Origin: a bacterium
GTDB lineage: Bacteria > Patescibacteriota > Minisyncoccia > UBA6257 > JAUSGH01
NCBI GenBank assembly: GCA_030649055.1
Contig: JAUSGH010000007.1
Span: forward strand, 1,854-65,853
Length of the DNA: 64,000 nucleotides
Direction of reading: 5' to 3'
Under the pieces are notes generated by a model. It was not told the DNA's origin, searched no databases, and was given only the letters and a program-made list of their open reading frames with translations. How positions within the stretch are numbered: position 1 is the stretch's first letter; the number at the start of each line of letters is the position of its first letter. Below are positions 19,750 to 28,606 of the stretch, piece after piece. The position numbers were made by a program, and so were the translations under genes.

Positions 19750-20883
19750 TTAAGAGAGAGCGGTCCGCAATGTTTTAATAACATGCGCTTGATCAGCTTT
19801 TGAAAGGCCGGGGAAGATTGGGATGGAAATTTCCGAAGCGTAAAATGCTTCGGCATTAGGGCAACTACCCTTTGTATATCCCAACTTCCGGTAATACGGC
19901 TGGAGGTACACCGGAATATAATGCACCTGGCACCAAATACCGGCAGCGCGCAGCTGCGCGAAAACTTCTGCGCGTTTCTTCGCAAAAGCTCCGCGGAGCC
20001 GCACCGGGTATAAATGCCAACTGGACGTCACGCCCTTCTCCTCGGTCGGCAATTGCAAAACCTTTTGAAGGCCACCGAGTTCCTTCGCATAACGCGCGGC
20101 AACGGACCGCCGCAGCGCCATAAATCGGTCAATTTTTTTGAGCTGGCTCAACCCGAGCGCCGACTGAATATCGGTCAAGCGATAATTGAAACCGAGCTGC
20201 TGCATTTCATAGTACCACGCGCCCTCCGACTTTCTTTTGAGCAACGCCGCGTCTTTGGTGATGCCGTGCGTGCGGAATACCCGCAACGCATCCGCATACT
20301 GCTTGTTGTTGGTAAGCACCGCGCCGCCCTCGCCGGTAGTAATAGACTTCACCGGATGAAAACTGAAGGCCGTCATGTCCGCAATGCTACCGATGCGTTT
20401 CCCGCGGAGCGTTGCGCCAAGCGAATGGCAGGCATCCTCAACCAACACTACGCCGTGGCGTTTCGCTATTTTTTTGAACGCGGGAAGATTAGCAGGGTGT
20501 CCCCCGTAGTCAACAACGGAAATCAATTTTGTTTTCTTGTTGATTTTTTTCGCCGCCGCAATGGGATCAAGATTGCCTCGATCGTCAACGTCGGCAAAGA
20601 TGGGCTTTGCGCCAAGATACAACCCGGCGTTCGCGGTTGCAACGAAGGTGAGCGGACTCGTAATGAACTCATCCCCGCGCCCAAGTCCGGCCGCGAAGTA
20701 CGCGCCGTGCAGCGCCGCCGTGCCGTTTGAAAAAACAACGGCGTACTTCACGCCGCAGTATTTCGCCAATGCCTCCTCAAATGCTTCAACCTCCGGTCCT
20801 TGCGTCAAATACGGCGACCGGAGCACCTTCACGACCGCTCGGATATCGTCTTCATCAATGAATTGATGGCCATAGGGAATCAT
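19750..20883 (-). CDS. pseC: UDP-4-amino-4,6-dideoxy-N-acetyl-beta-L-altrosamine transaminase-like (PseC)
   Basis: 377 aa. IPYGHQ.I...D, FSFHPVKSITTGEGG, SALGLSQLKK, QVHYIPVYLQPYY closely follow the PseC pattern. Confidence 0.85.
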   Translation of the reverse strand: MIPYGHQFIDEDDIRAVVKVLRSPYLTQGPEVEAFEEALAKYCGVKYAVVFSNGTAALHGAYFAAGLGRGDEFITSPLTFVATANAGLYLGAKPIFADVDDRGNLDPIAAAKKINKKTKLISVVDYGGHPANLPAFKKIAKRHGVVLVEDACHSLGATLRGKRIGSIADMTAFSFHPVKSITTGEGGAVLTNNKQYADALRVFRTHGITKDAALLKRKSEGAWYYEMQQLGFNYRLTDIQSALGLSQLKKIDRFMALRRSVAARYAKELGGLQKVLQLPTEEKGVTSSWHLYPVRLRGAFAKKRAEVFAQLRAAGIWCQVHYIPVYLQPYYRKLGYTKGSCPNAEAFYASEISIPIFPGLSKADQAHVIKTLRTALS

Positions 20884-20899
20884 AGGGCTAGAACTAAAA

Positions 20900-21907
20900 C
20901 TAGACTTCAGTTATCCCGCTCATCAGAGCCTGTAATTCTTTTTTTGTGATCCACTTCGTATTGTGATCGCTCGTCAGCAAAAATTTGTTCTTTATTGCTT
21001 TTCCCGCGCGCGCGTACTTTGCGTAGGCCTCCCGGGGCAAAAATTCGGACTCCGGAATCACAACATAATAATCGCCGAAATCAACGGTATGCGCCGCTTC
21101 CTCCGCGGTTAAAAGCACTTCATGAATCTTTTCGCCCGGCCGCATGCCGATGATTTTTTTCTCCGCGTCCGGAGCAATGGCATTCACAAGATCAACAAGC
21201 TTCATGCTGGGAATTTTAGGGATGAAAATCTCTCCGCCCTCCATCTGCCGAAGCGCGAACATGACGAGCGCCGCTGCCTGTTCCAGATTAATCCAAAACC
21301 GCGTCATATTCGGGTCAGTGATATGGACTGTTTTCCCGCGGTTCTGCAACAGCGTTTCAACAATGCTGCCGCGGCTCCCCAGCACATTGCCATAACGCAC
21401 CGCCGCAAATTTTGTTTTATTACCGGACAATGCATTGCCGGCAACAAAAAGTTTTTCCGCGCACAATTTTGTTGAACCATACAAATTCGCCGGATACGCC
21501 GCTTTATCAGTTGAAATAAGTAGCGCGTGGGAGACACCGCAATCAATCGCCGCCTCAACCACGTTCTGGGATCCCAACACGTTTGTCTTCACCGCTTCCA
21601 TCGGGTTGTACTCTAACGCCGGCACCTGCTTTAACGCGGCGGCATGCACTACCACATCAACCCCGGAAAATGCGCGCTGCAAACGCGGAAGGTCGCGTAC
21701 ATCGCCCAAAAAAAACCGGAGCCGGTCATCGTGAAGCTCACGGCTCATGTGGTATTGCTTCAACTCATCGCGGCTGAACACAATAACTTTCTTCGTCGCG
21801 GTGTTGGCAAGCAAATACTTCACGAAACTCTTACCGAACGAGCCGGCGCCGCCGGTCACAAGAACTGTTTTTCCCTTCAAAATGTCGGTATTTTTCGTTG
21901 ATGCCAT
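20900..21907 (-). CDS. pseB: UDP-N-acetylglucosamine 4,6-dehydratase (inverting), PseB/FlaA1-like
   Basis: GKTVLVTGGAGSFG, STDKA, YGSTK, and the PseB-type C-terminal region. Start set at the internal Met (MASTKNT). The alternative start at 21967 adds 20 aa. Confidence 0.85.
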   Translation of the reverse strand: MASTKNTDILKGKTVLVTGGAGSFGKSFVKYLLANTATKKVIVFSRDELKQYHMSRELHDDRLRFFLGDVRDLPRLQRAFSGVDVVVHAAALKQVPALEYNPMEAVKTNVLGSQNVVEAAIDCGVSHALLISTDKAAYPANLYGSTKLCAEKLFVAGNALSGNKTKFAAVRYGNVLGSRGSIVETLLQNRGKTVHITDPNMTRFWINLEQAAALVMFALRQMEGGEIFIPKIPSMKLVDLVNAIAPDAEKKIIGMRPGEKIHEVLLTAEEAAHTVDFGDYYVVIPESEFLPREAYAKYARAGKAIKNKFLLTSDHNTKWITKKELQALMSGITEV

Positions 21908-21976
21908 AGGTTCTGAATATAACCGCCAATTGACTAGAATAGTAACCCATCGCGCCTGAAAAAGCAATGCGGCGCG

Positions 21977-22110
21977 GTATACCCCGTGCTACAACTTCGA
22001 TCATCATATTGTTTTGTATTATGATGACGATTGCGTTTTATTTGGACATTTTGTGTATGCAAAACATCTTAATTATTAATAAGCAATCGAAGTTGTAGCA
22101 CGGGGTATAC
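21977..22110. repeat. Perfect 25-bp inverted repeat (GTATACCCCGTGCTACAACTTCGAT / ATCGAAGTTGTAGCACGGGGTATAC) flanking an 84-bp AT-rich spacer
   Basis: Read directly: arms at 21977-22001 and 22086-22110, in the divergent region between pseB and the + gene at 22281. Confidence 0.7.
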
Positions 22111-22160
22111 TTTTGAGCTGGGATTCAGTTATACTATAATAACTTCGCCGTACATATATG

Positions 22161-22279
22161 CCGGGTAGTGAAAGTGCGATCGCTACGCGACTACGGCAAG
22201 AGTCGAAATTAGTATAAACGCAACGCTTAAATCGTAACAATATTATACGTAAGTAACTCATCGCACTTCTACTACCCGG
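22161..22279. repeat. Perfect 20-bp inverted repeat (CCGGGTAGTGAAAGTGCGAT / ATCGCACTTCTACTACCCGG) flanking a 79-bp spacer; right arm ends 1 nt before the ATG at 22281
   Basis: Read directly: arms at 22161-22180 and 22260-22279. Confidence 0.7.
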
Positions 22280-22280
22280 T

Positions 22281-23807
22281 ATGAAAGGCTGTTTATTACT
22301 ACAACGACGGTTTGCAACCATCAGCCACGCGATTGCGCTTGCGCTGAAAGAAAAATACGGCATAACCGAATTCTGCGGCTACGTTTGCGTCCGCTCGGGT
22401 TTTGATTTCCTGAAATCCCAAAAAGACATCAACTACGGAACCTTACTGCTCGATGACGAACTTCAAAAAGATTACGTCAAAGAAAAACTTGATCCCGAGT
22501 ACCTCCACCACCTGGAAAAAGAATATGGCATCCCCAACCTGTGGCCGTACATTGCCTGCGACCGCGTCATCATGTTTAAACAACTGTTGCGCGAGTATCC
22601 GTACAACACGCCGATGTATACCCACGAAGAAATGTTGCGCATGCTCCAGGTGAAGGCGCGCGCGATCATTCATATGCTTGAGGAGGAAAAACCCGATTTC
22701 CTTTTCGCGAGCGTCGTCGGTTCCATGGGAGGAATGCTCCTCTATCACATCGCCAAAAAGAAAAACATCAAGGTTATTATTGCCGATATCGCCCGCATCG
22801 GCGAACTGTTTACGGTAAGCGATCATTACGCATATCACACATGGACTGAACAAATTTTTCAAGAACTAAAACGCACGGAACGACACAGCCCCCGTGAACA
22901 CGACGCGCAAACCTTCCTGAAAAATTTCCGGAAAGAGCCGGCGCCGTTCTTCGGAAAACTTTACGAAAAAGACCAGTTAGTTGACCGCCGTAGGAAGCTC
23001 CAATTTTTGAAACCTACTCATATATTCCGATCGCTCGCGTGGGTTTTACAGCTCACGATCGGCTATCTCAAAAATCCTCATCGCGACGACTATGAGGAAA
23101 TCAAACCCTGGCATTACATAATTGATCGGCTCAAAAACAAAGCGCGCCTACTCCGCGGCTTCCGCGATCTCTACAGTAATCCGGAACCGAATGAAGATTA
23201 TGCCTTTTTCCCGTTACAATATGAACCGGAAATTTCTATGCTGCTCTATGCTCCATTTTTTTCCGACCAATCGTACGTGATCCGACAAATCGCCCGCTCG
23301 CTTCCCGTCACATATAAACTTTATGTTAAGGACCATCCTTCAATGGTCGGATTCCGGACGAGAAGTTATTACAAGGAACTGCTGAAAATACCGAATGTCC
23401 GACTCATCAACCCTGTTATCAAAAGTTTCCCGTTAATCCAAAATTCAAAAATTGTGACAACAATTACGGGCAGTGCCGGCTGGGAAGCGGTATTGCTCAA
23501 AAAACCCGTCATCACGTTCGGTGATGTGTTTTACAACGCGTTAAGTACCGTGAAACACTGTCGGACTATTGACGAACTTCCTTATTTGATTAAAGAACAA
23601 CTCGAGTCAACGCGTTATAACGAACAAGAGCTGATCAATTACATTGCCGCCACGATGGAAGTTTCCGTTGAGGTGTCACTGCTCCGGCTTTGGGAACGGG
23701 AAATAGGAGATTTTGAAAAAGTGAAAAAAGGCATGGAGCCTGCGGCGGACTTGATTGCAAGAAGACTCGGCGTGAAGGCCGTACCGAGTGTTACCCCAAG
23801 AAATTAA
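22281..23807 (+). CDS. Capsule-polysaccharide-biosynthesis-family protein (KpsC/KpsS-like fold) candidate glycosyltransferase
   Basis: 508 aa. The C-terminal third (YVKDHPSMVGF...IVTTITGSAGWEAVLLKKPVITFGDVFY) resembles capsule-synthesis / CDP-glycerol-transferase-like retaining transferases. Sits next to the nonulosonic acid operon. Confidence 0.4.
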   Translation: MKGCLLLQRRFATISHAIALALKEKYGITEFCGYVCVRSGFDFLKSQKDINYGTLLLDDELQKDYVKEKLDPEYLHHLEKEYGIPNLWPYIACDRVIMFKQLLREYPYNTPMYTHEEMLRMLQVKARAIIHMLEEEKPDFLFASVVGSMGGMLLYHIAKKKNIKVIIADIARIGELFTVSDHYAYHTWTEQIFQELKRTERHSPREHDAQTFLKNFRKEPAPFFGKLYEKDQLVDRRRKLQFLKPTHIFRSLAWVLQLTIGYLKNPHRDDYEEIKPWHYIIDRLKNKARLLRGFRDLYSNPEPNEDYAFFPLQYEPEISMLLYAPFFSDQSYVIRQIARSLPVTYKLYVKDHPSMVGFRTRSYYKELLKIPNVRLINPVIKSFPLIQNSKIVTTITGSAGWEAVLLKKPVITFGDVFYNALSTVKHCRTIDELPYLIKEQLESTRYNEQELINYIAATMEVSVEVSLLRLWEREIGDFEKVKKGMEPAADLIARRLGVKAVPSVTPRN

Positions 23808-24483
23808 ACCGCGCGATGTGCCAAAGCGCGGCGACTCCGTCTTTCCAGCCGATCTTTTTTCCCTCCGCGTAACTGCGGCCCGCGTAAGAAACCGCGACTT
23901 CGTAAATGCGGAAGTGGTGCTTGGCAACGCGTGCGGTGAGCTCCACCTCAATACCGAATCGCCGCGATTTCAAACGCGGCGCGATTGCATCAACTACGTT
24001 TCGCGTAAACACTTTATATCCGACTTCCACATCGGAAAGGTTCAAGTTTGTGCATAGATTGGAAAAAAACGTAATAAAACGGTTGGCGAGATAATGATGA
24101 AAGTTGAAAATCCGGTGCGGCTTATTGCCTAAAAATCGCGTTCCGTACACGACATCAGCCAAACCGGAGCGTATTGGGGCGAGCAAATCCGGGTAGTCAT
24201 TTGGGTCATACTCCAAATCCGCGTCTTGGATAAGGACAATGTCGCCGCTCGCGTGTTCAAAGCCGGTTTTAACAGCGCCGCCCTTGCCGAAATTTTTCTC
24301 ATGAAAAATTACAACGATCTCCGGAATGCTTTTTAGAATTTCCCTCGTTTTGTCGGTTGAACCGTCATCAACAACGATGATTTCTTTTTCAATGTCCGCC
24401 AACGGAACTGCCTGAACGCGGCGAATAATTTCCGCGATGGTTTTTTCTTCGTTGTATGCCGGGATAATAACCGAGAGCTTCAT
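23791..24483 (-). CDS. GT2 polyprenyl-phosphate sugar synthase-like glycosyltransferase (DPM1/ArnC-like)
   Basis: 230 aa. LSVIIPAYNEE, IIVVDDGSTD, and the DXD motif IQDADLEYDP. Confidence 0.8.
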   Translation of the reverse strand: MKLSVIIPAYNEEKTIAEIIRRVQAVPLADIEKEIIVVDDGSTDKTREILKSIPEIVVIFHEKNFGKGGAVKTGFEHASGDIVLIQDADLEYDPNDYPDLLAPIRSGLADVVYGTRFLGNKPHRIFNFHHYLANRFITFFSNLCTNLNLSDVEVGYKVFTRNVVDAIAPRLKSRRFGIEVELTARVAKHHFRIYEVAVSYAGRSYAEGKKIGWKDGVAALWHIARFNFLG

Positions 24484-24491
24484 GAGAAAAT

Positions 24492-24677
24492 TTAGTTCCT
24501 GAGTTTATCGAAGGACAACCATAATGAGAAGTCCAAATTTCTAATATCTAATGTCTATTATTGTATCCCTTCGACTTCGCTCAGGGAATAAAGATCTTAG
24601 TTCCTGAGTTTATCGAAGGACAACCTTTTCGCTCAGGGAATAAAGATCTTAGTTCCTGAGTTTATCGAAGGACAACC
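24492..24677. repeat. Tandem array: three copies of 29-bp TTAGTTCCTGAGTTTATCGAAGGACAACC (24492, 24597, 24649), the last two inside 52-bp direct repeats with CGCTCAGGGAATAAAGATC
   Basis: Read directly. The CCTGAGTTTATCGAAGG core is the reverse complement of CCTTCGATAAACTCAGG found at 30134 and 58696. Family C of the dispersed elements. Confidence 0.7.
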
Positions 24678-24695
24678 TTAACACGATGCATGGTA

Positions 24696-25280
24696 TCACT
24701 TCGTAACAAAAATCGTGAATCCCGAAGTTTGGTTTTTGCTTGGCACGAGCCAGTCCAATAATCGCGCAACTGGCGCAAAAACGCGGACGTAGGGCAAAAG
24801 GTACGCCACGGTCTCAAAAAATCCGCGCACCTTCACCATCTCTACCGACGAAAAATCTTTGAAGAGCATTTTTACTCCGTCTCCGGTGAACCGCCAATAG
24901 TCCGCGTAAAATCCCTTCTCCGCGTGATACGGAAAAAGAAACGGTACATAGATGAGCCCCAACCCTCCGGGCTTTAACACCCGTCGGAGCTCCGCGACAA
25001 CCCGAAAAGGATCTTCCACGTGCTCCAGCACCGACTTGCAAATCACGGCATCAAAACTTTCATCCTGAAACGGCAGGTTGTGCGCGTCGCCTTTGACTAC
25101 TCCAGCGGACTCATAATTCTTATCAATCACCACGTACTCGGTTTCCTTAAAAAGCTCGCGGTACGCCCCAAGCTGTTTTTGGAGCGGCGTTCCGCCGCCG
25201 ACGTCCAAAATCCGTTTCCTTTTCGCAATAAGCCGGATCTTCTCTTCAAAAAATTTTTCCCACGGGGCCATAGATTTCAT
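24696..25280 (-). CDS. Class I SAM-dependent methyltransferase
   Basis: 194 aa. Motif I ILDVGGGTP and the Methyltransf_11-like core. Confidence 0.7.
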   Translation of the reverse strand: MKSMAPWEKFFEEKIRLIAKRKRILDVGGGTPLQKQLGAYRELFKETEYVVIDKNYESAGVVKGDAHNLPFQDESFDAVICKSVLEHVEDPFRVVAELRRVLKPGGLGLIYVPFLFPYHAEKGFYADYWRFTGDGVKMLFKDFSSVEMVKVRGFFETVAYLLPYVRVFAPVARLLDWLVPSKNQTSGFTIFVTK

Positions 25281-25461
25281 TACAATAACTCACCACAAAG
25301 AAAACAGCAAATATCTCTCATTCCACCATTCGCGCGAATGAGGGTATAAGCTACACATCACAACATCCTTACAAACTGGAGTTTGTAAGGATGTTGTGTG
25401 ACGGTATAAATAATTTTGTCGATAACTTTACGATAGCGGCGCGGCACGATATGCTCATAAC

Positions 25462-26778
25462 ATGATGCTCACGCGCGAAGGAAAAATTATCCTGCTTCTT
25501 TTTGCGCTCGCGCTTCTCGTGCGCGTCGCGCTTTTTGGGGCGAACATTGCGGCACACGAAGGCGAACTGCTCCCGACAATTCTGAACTCTGAAGGATATT
25601 ACGAACTTGCGAATAACATCCTCGCCGGGCACGGATTCTCACAAAGCCCCGCGGCGCCATATGTGCCGGATTCGCTCCGCCCTCCGCTCTATCCGCTCTT
25701 CATCGCCGCATTCGTTGGACTTTCCGGAAGTTATTGGCCGGTCATCATCGCCCAAATACTGCTTGCGAGCGTTTTGCCGCTCCTCGCGCGGCGCATCGGT
25801 TTCCGCCTCACGCAAAATACGTTTGCCGGGAACGCGGTAGGCGTTCTGTTTGCCGTGGAGCCGGTGCTTGTGCGGCTCTCCGGGATTCTTCTCACCGAAA
25901 CGCTATTCCTCGCGTTGTTTCTGTCTTCCGTTATCACGTTCTTCAATTATCTTGATCGCGAAAAATTATCCGATCTTGCGGCAAGCGCGGCACTCCTCGG
26001 GCTCGCCACGCTCACGCGGCCGGTCACGCAATATCTTCCCGTTGTTATTATCGCGTTTCTCTTGTGGCATTTCCGTGGCGCGCTATCCCGGCGTGCCATG
26101 CTACATGTCGCCACATTCATCGCCGTCTTCGTTGTGGCGCTTTTGCCATGGCTCTACCGGAACGCTATCGTGTTCGGAAATCCGAGCGTCGCGAACACGC
26201 GCATCAGTAACTTTTACGGCTATTTTGCACCATCCGTTTTGGCGCTGGAACGCCATATCGGTTTTACCGAAGCACAACGCCAACTGTTCGCGGAAGACGG
26301 CGTACAGGATTACGGCGCGGTGACGCTCAAAGACGCGGAACATTTCACAAACCGGGCAAAAGCGATTATCAAAACCCATCCGAAGGAAACCGCAAAACTC
26401 CTCGGCATCACCACGTTTGCCTTTTTCACGCACGACGGGTACCTGGATGTACTTCAAGATCTCGGCTACATGAAGAATTTCTCGCGCACAATCCGCGCGC
26501 TCATCACAGGCCCCGGCATCATAATCCTCGCGGGAAGAATGTTTTGGACGCTCACAGCACTCCTCGCATTCCTCGGCACGTATCTCTTTTTCAAACGCGA
26601 AAAATTTCAGCCGAAGGCGCTTTTCGCCCTTCTCCTCATCACCTACTTCGCCGCAACCGCCGCAATTGTGGGCTTAGGCATCACCGCCCGCTACAGAGTC
26701 CCCGCAAACGTATTTATTGCCGCATTCGCGTTTTATGCTATCGCGCGCTGGCGTAAAACTCCGGAAGCCGCGAAATAA
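25462..26778 (+). CDS. GT-C membrane glycosyltransferase, family 39/83-like (ArnT/PMT-like), paralog 1
   Basis: 438 aa, ~11 TM helices. N-terminal periplasmic-loop pattern (G..Y.DS.RPPLYP) as in ArnT/PMT-type polyprenyl-phosphate-sugar-dependent transferases. Confidence 0.7.
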   Translation: MMLTREGKIILLLFALALLVRVALFGANIAAHEGELLPTILNSEGYYELANNILAGHGFSQSPAAPYVPDSLRPPLYPLFIAAFVGLSGSYWPVIIAQILLASVLPLLARRIGFRLTQNTFAGNAVGVLFAVEPVLVRLSGILLTETLFLALFLSSVITFFNYLDREKLSDLAASAALLGLATLTRPVTQYLPVVIIAFLLWHFRGALSRRAMLHVATFIAVFVVALLPWLYRNAIVFGNPSVANTRISNFYGYFAPSVLALERHIGFTEAQRQLFAEDGVQDYGAVTLKDAEHFTNRAKAIIKTHPKETAKLLGITTFAFFTHDGYLDVLQDLGYMKNFSRTIRALITGPGIIILAGRMFWTLTALLAFLGTYLFFKREKFQPKALFALLLITYFAATAAIVGLGITARYRVPANVFIAAFAFYAIARWRKTPEAAK

Positions 26779-26785
26779 AGTGCGG

Positions 26786-27144
26786 TGTCATTCCGGGCTT
26801 GACCCGGAATCCAGAGGATCTATGAAATCGTTATATAAATCTCTCCATTGCGGATTTTGGCGCTCAATAAGCTGAAGTTTCCACACACGGTGCCATTGTT
26901 TAACTTGTTTCTCTCGGGCAAGCGCCGTTCGCACGTCTGACGTTTCTTCGTAATAGACAAGCATATGTACTTTGTAGCGTTTCGTGAATCCATCAATCGC
27001 ATCGCTTTTGTGCTGTCCGACGCGCTTTACGAGATCGTTCGTGACGCCCGCATAGAGCGTACCGTTCCGCTTACTCGCCATTATGTACACATAATATGCG
27101 TTCATTATTGCGGCGTACTGGATTCCCGCTTTCGCGGGAATGAC
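26786..27144. mobile_element. GIY-YIG nuclease gene bracketed by the two halves of a palindromic element (GTCATTCCGGGCTTGACCCGGAATCCAG ... CTGGATTCCCGCTTTCGCGGGAATGAC)
   Basis: Half-sites at 26786-26813 and 27116-27144. The same two halves occur contiguously, without an ORF, at 35049-35147 and 43395-43479. Confidence 0.65.
26788..27105 (-). CDS. GIY-YIG nuclease superfamily small protein (UPF0213-like)
   Basis: 105 aa. N-terminal YYVYIMASKRNGTLYAGVTNDL..R..QH motif. The C-terminal ...LDSGSSPE is encoded by the element terminus. Confidence 0.8.
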   Translation of the reverse strand: MNAYYVYIMASKRNGTLYAGVTNDLVKRVGQHKSDAIDGFTKRYKVHMLVYYEETSDVRTALAREKQVKQWHRVWKLQLIERQNPQWRDLYNDFIDPLDSGSSPE

Positions 27145-27177
27145 AAAAAAATATATACAGAAGACACAAAACCAAAT

Positions 27178-28593
27178 CTAAAAAAACTTCATCTTCAGCA
27201 ACGAAAACGCCGTCATTTTGAGCAGTAGCCAGCCATGACGCCACCGGCTGATGTTGGTGCTGCCGTAGGTGCGCGCCTCATAACGAATAGGGAGGTCAAT
27301 GATTTTCAATCCCAATTTCGCCGCGCCGAACAATAAATCAAAATCACCGAACGGGTCAAAGTCGCCGAAAAAGGCCCGGCCTGCCGCGATGCGCTCATAG
27401 TCCGTCCGCAACAGCACCTTTGTTCCGCATAAGGTGTCCTTGACACGCTGGCCCAAAATCCACGAAAAACTCACACCAAAAAATTTATTGGCGATGTGGT
27501 TCAGCGTTTGCATTGCCTGGCGCTGCATCTGATACACCAGCCGCGAACCGTTAATGAACTCCCCCGCTCCCGAGGCGATCGCGGCATAAAACTTCGGCAA
27601 GTCCTCCGGAGGAACGGTTAAATCCGCGTCAAGAATAAACAACACGTCGCCCTTCGCCGCCGCAAACCCTTTCCGCACCGCGTCTCCCTTGCCTTTTCCG
27701 TCCTGGATGAGCAGCGTGATGTCTTTTTCTTTGTGCGCCGCAATCACGCGCTGAATTTCTTCCCGTGTGCCGTCTTTAGAACCGCCCTCAACGAAAATAA
27801 TTTCCGTGTGTGATCCCAGCTGCGGAGTCCGCAGCACCGCCGCTTCAATATTTCCTTTTTCGTTCCGCGCCGGAATAATAACCGACGTCGTATATTCGCG
27901 CACGGCCAATTGCCTCGGCTTCGCGATCACGTAACGCAAAAGGCACAGCCGCCGCAAAAGCGGAAGCCGGGCAATAAATCGGTTCACGAGATACGAAAGC
28001 AAGGGGATGTTTACCGGAATGAGTACCTCTTCGCCGCGCTTCACCACTTCAAACCCCGCAAGGTGGAGAAAATTTTCAAGATCGCCCGCGGAAAGCCAGT
28101 TTTGCGCCGGAGAAGACATTTTGAGATGCGCGAATTCCGCAAATCGTAGCAACGGCTCCCACAAAAAATTTGTGTAGGTGATAAGGATTTTCGTGTGGTC
28201 ATGTGTCACCTTTTTCAACTCCATAAACGCGCGCTGCACGTCGGGCAAATAGCTTACGAGGTCCGAACAGATGATATAGTCAAATTTCTCCGCAAGCGTA
28301 AGAGATTCCGCGTCCATAGTGAAAAAGGCGAGGTCAGAATGACGCTTTGCCGCGAGCGCGGTCATCTTTGGACTCATATCAACGCCCACGCCGCGTTTCG
28401 GCGCGACCGATGCGAGCAAATCCCCGGTGCCGGACCCCACGTCCAATACCGCGCTTCCTTTGGGAATGAAAAACTGCGCCACCTTGCGAATCGCTCCGTG
28501 ATAATAGCGGTGCCGCGTTTGCCACGCCCCACGTTTCGACGCGACGTCATCAAAAAACTTTTTAAGCTCCTCACCCGATGTCAGTTTTGTCAT
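27178..28593 (-). CDS. Bifunctional protein: N-terminal class I SAM methyltransferase fused to a C-terminal GT2 glycosyltransferase
   Basis: 471 aa. Motif I VLDVGSGTGDL in the N-terminal half. VIIPARNE, DGSKDGT, and DXD ILDADL in the C-terminal half. Confidence 0.75.
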   Translation of the reverse strand: MTKLTSGEELKKFFDDVASKRGAWQTRHRYYHGAIRKVAQFFIPKGSAVLDVGSGTGDLLASVAPKRGVGVDMSPKMTALAAKRHSDLAFFTMDAESLTLAEKFDYIICSDLVSYLPDVQRAFMELKKVTHDHTKILITYTNFLWEPLLRFAEFAHLKMSSPAQNWLSAGDLENFLHLAGFEVVKRGEEVLIPVNIPLLSYLVNRFIARLPLLRRLCLLRYVIAKPRQLAVREYTTSVIIPARNEKGNIEAAVLRTPQLGSHTEIIFVEGGSKDGTREEIQRVIAAHKEKDITLLIQDGKGKGDAVRKGFAAAKGDVLFILDADLTVPPEDLPKFYAAIASGAGEFINGSRLVYQMQRQAMQTLNHIANKFFGVSFSWILGQRVKDTLCGTKVLLRTDYERIAAGRAFFGDFDPFGDFDLLFGAAKLGLKIIDLPIRYEARTYGSTNISRWRHGWLLLKMTAFSLLKMKFF

Positions 28594-28606
28594 GCGATGA
28601 ATTCTA

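Noticed and set aside
18708-19985. Long 425-aa version of the Gfo/Idh/MocA gene
   Set aside because: The first 80 codons overlap pseC and precede the Rossmann motif. The internal Met at 19745 abuts the upstream gene and gives a normal-length enzyme.
24492-24677. Possible mini CRISPR array (three identical 29-bp repeats)
   Set aside because: Spacers are 77 and 23 bp and share the same sequence (CGCTCAGGGAATAAAGATC), so it is a tandem duplication of a 52-bp unit. The repeat belongs to a dispersed palindromic family. No cas genes are present.
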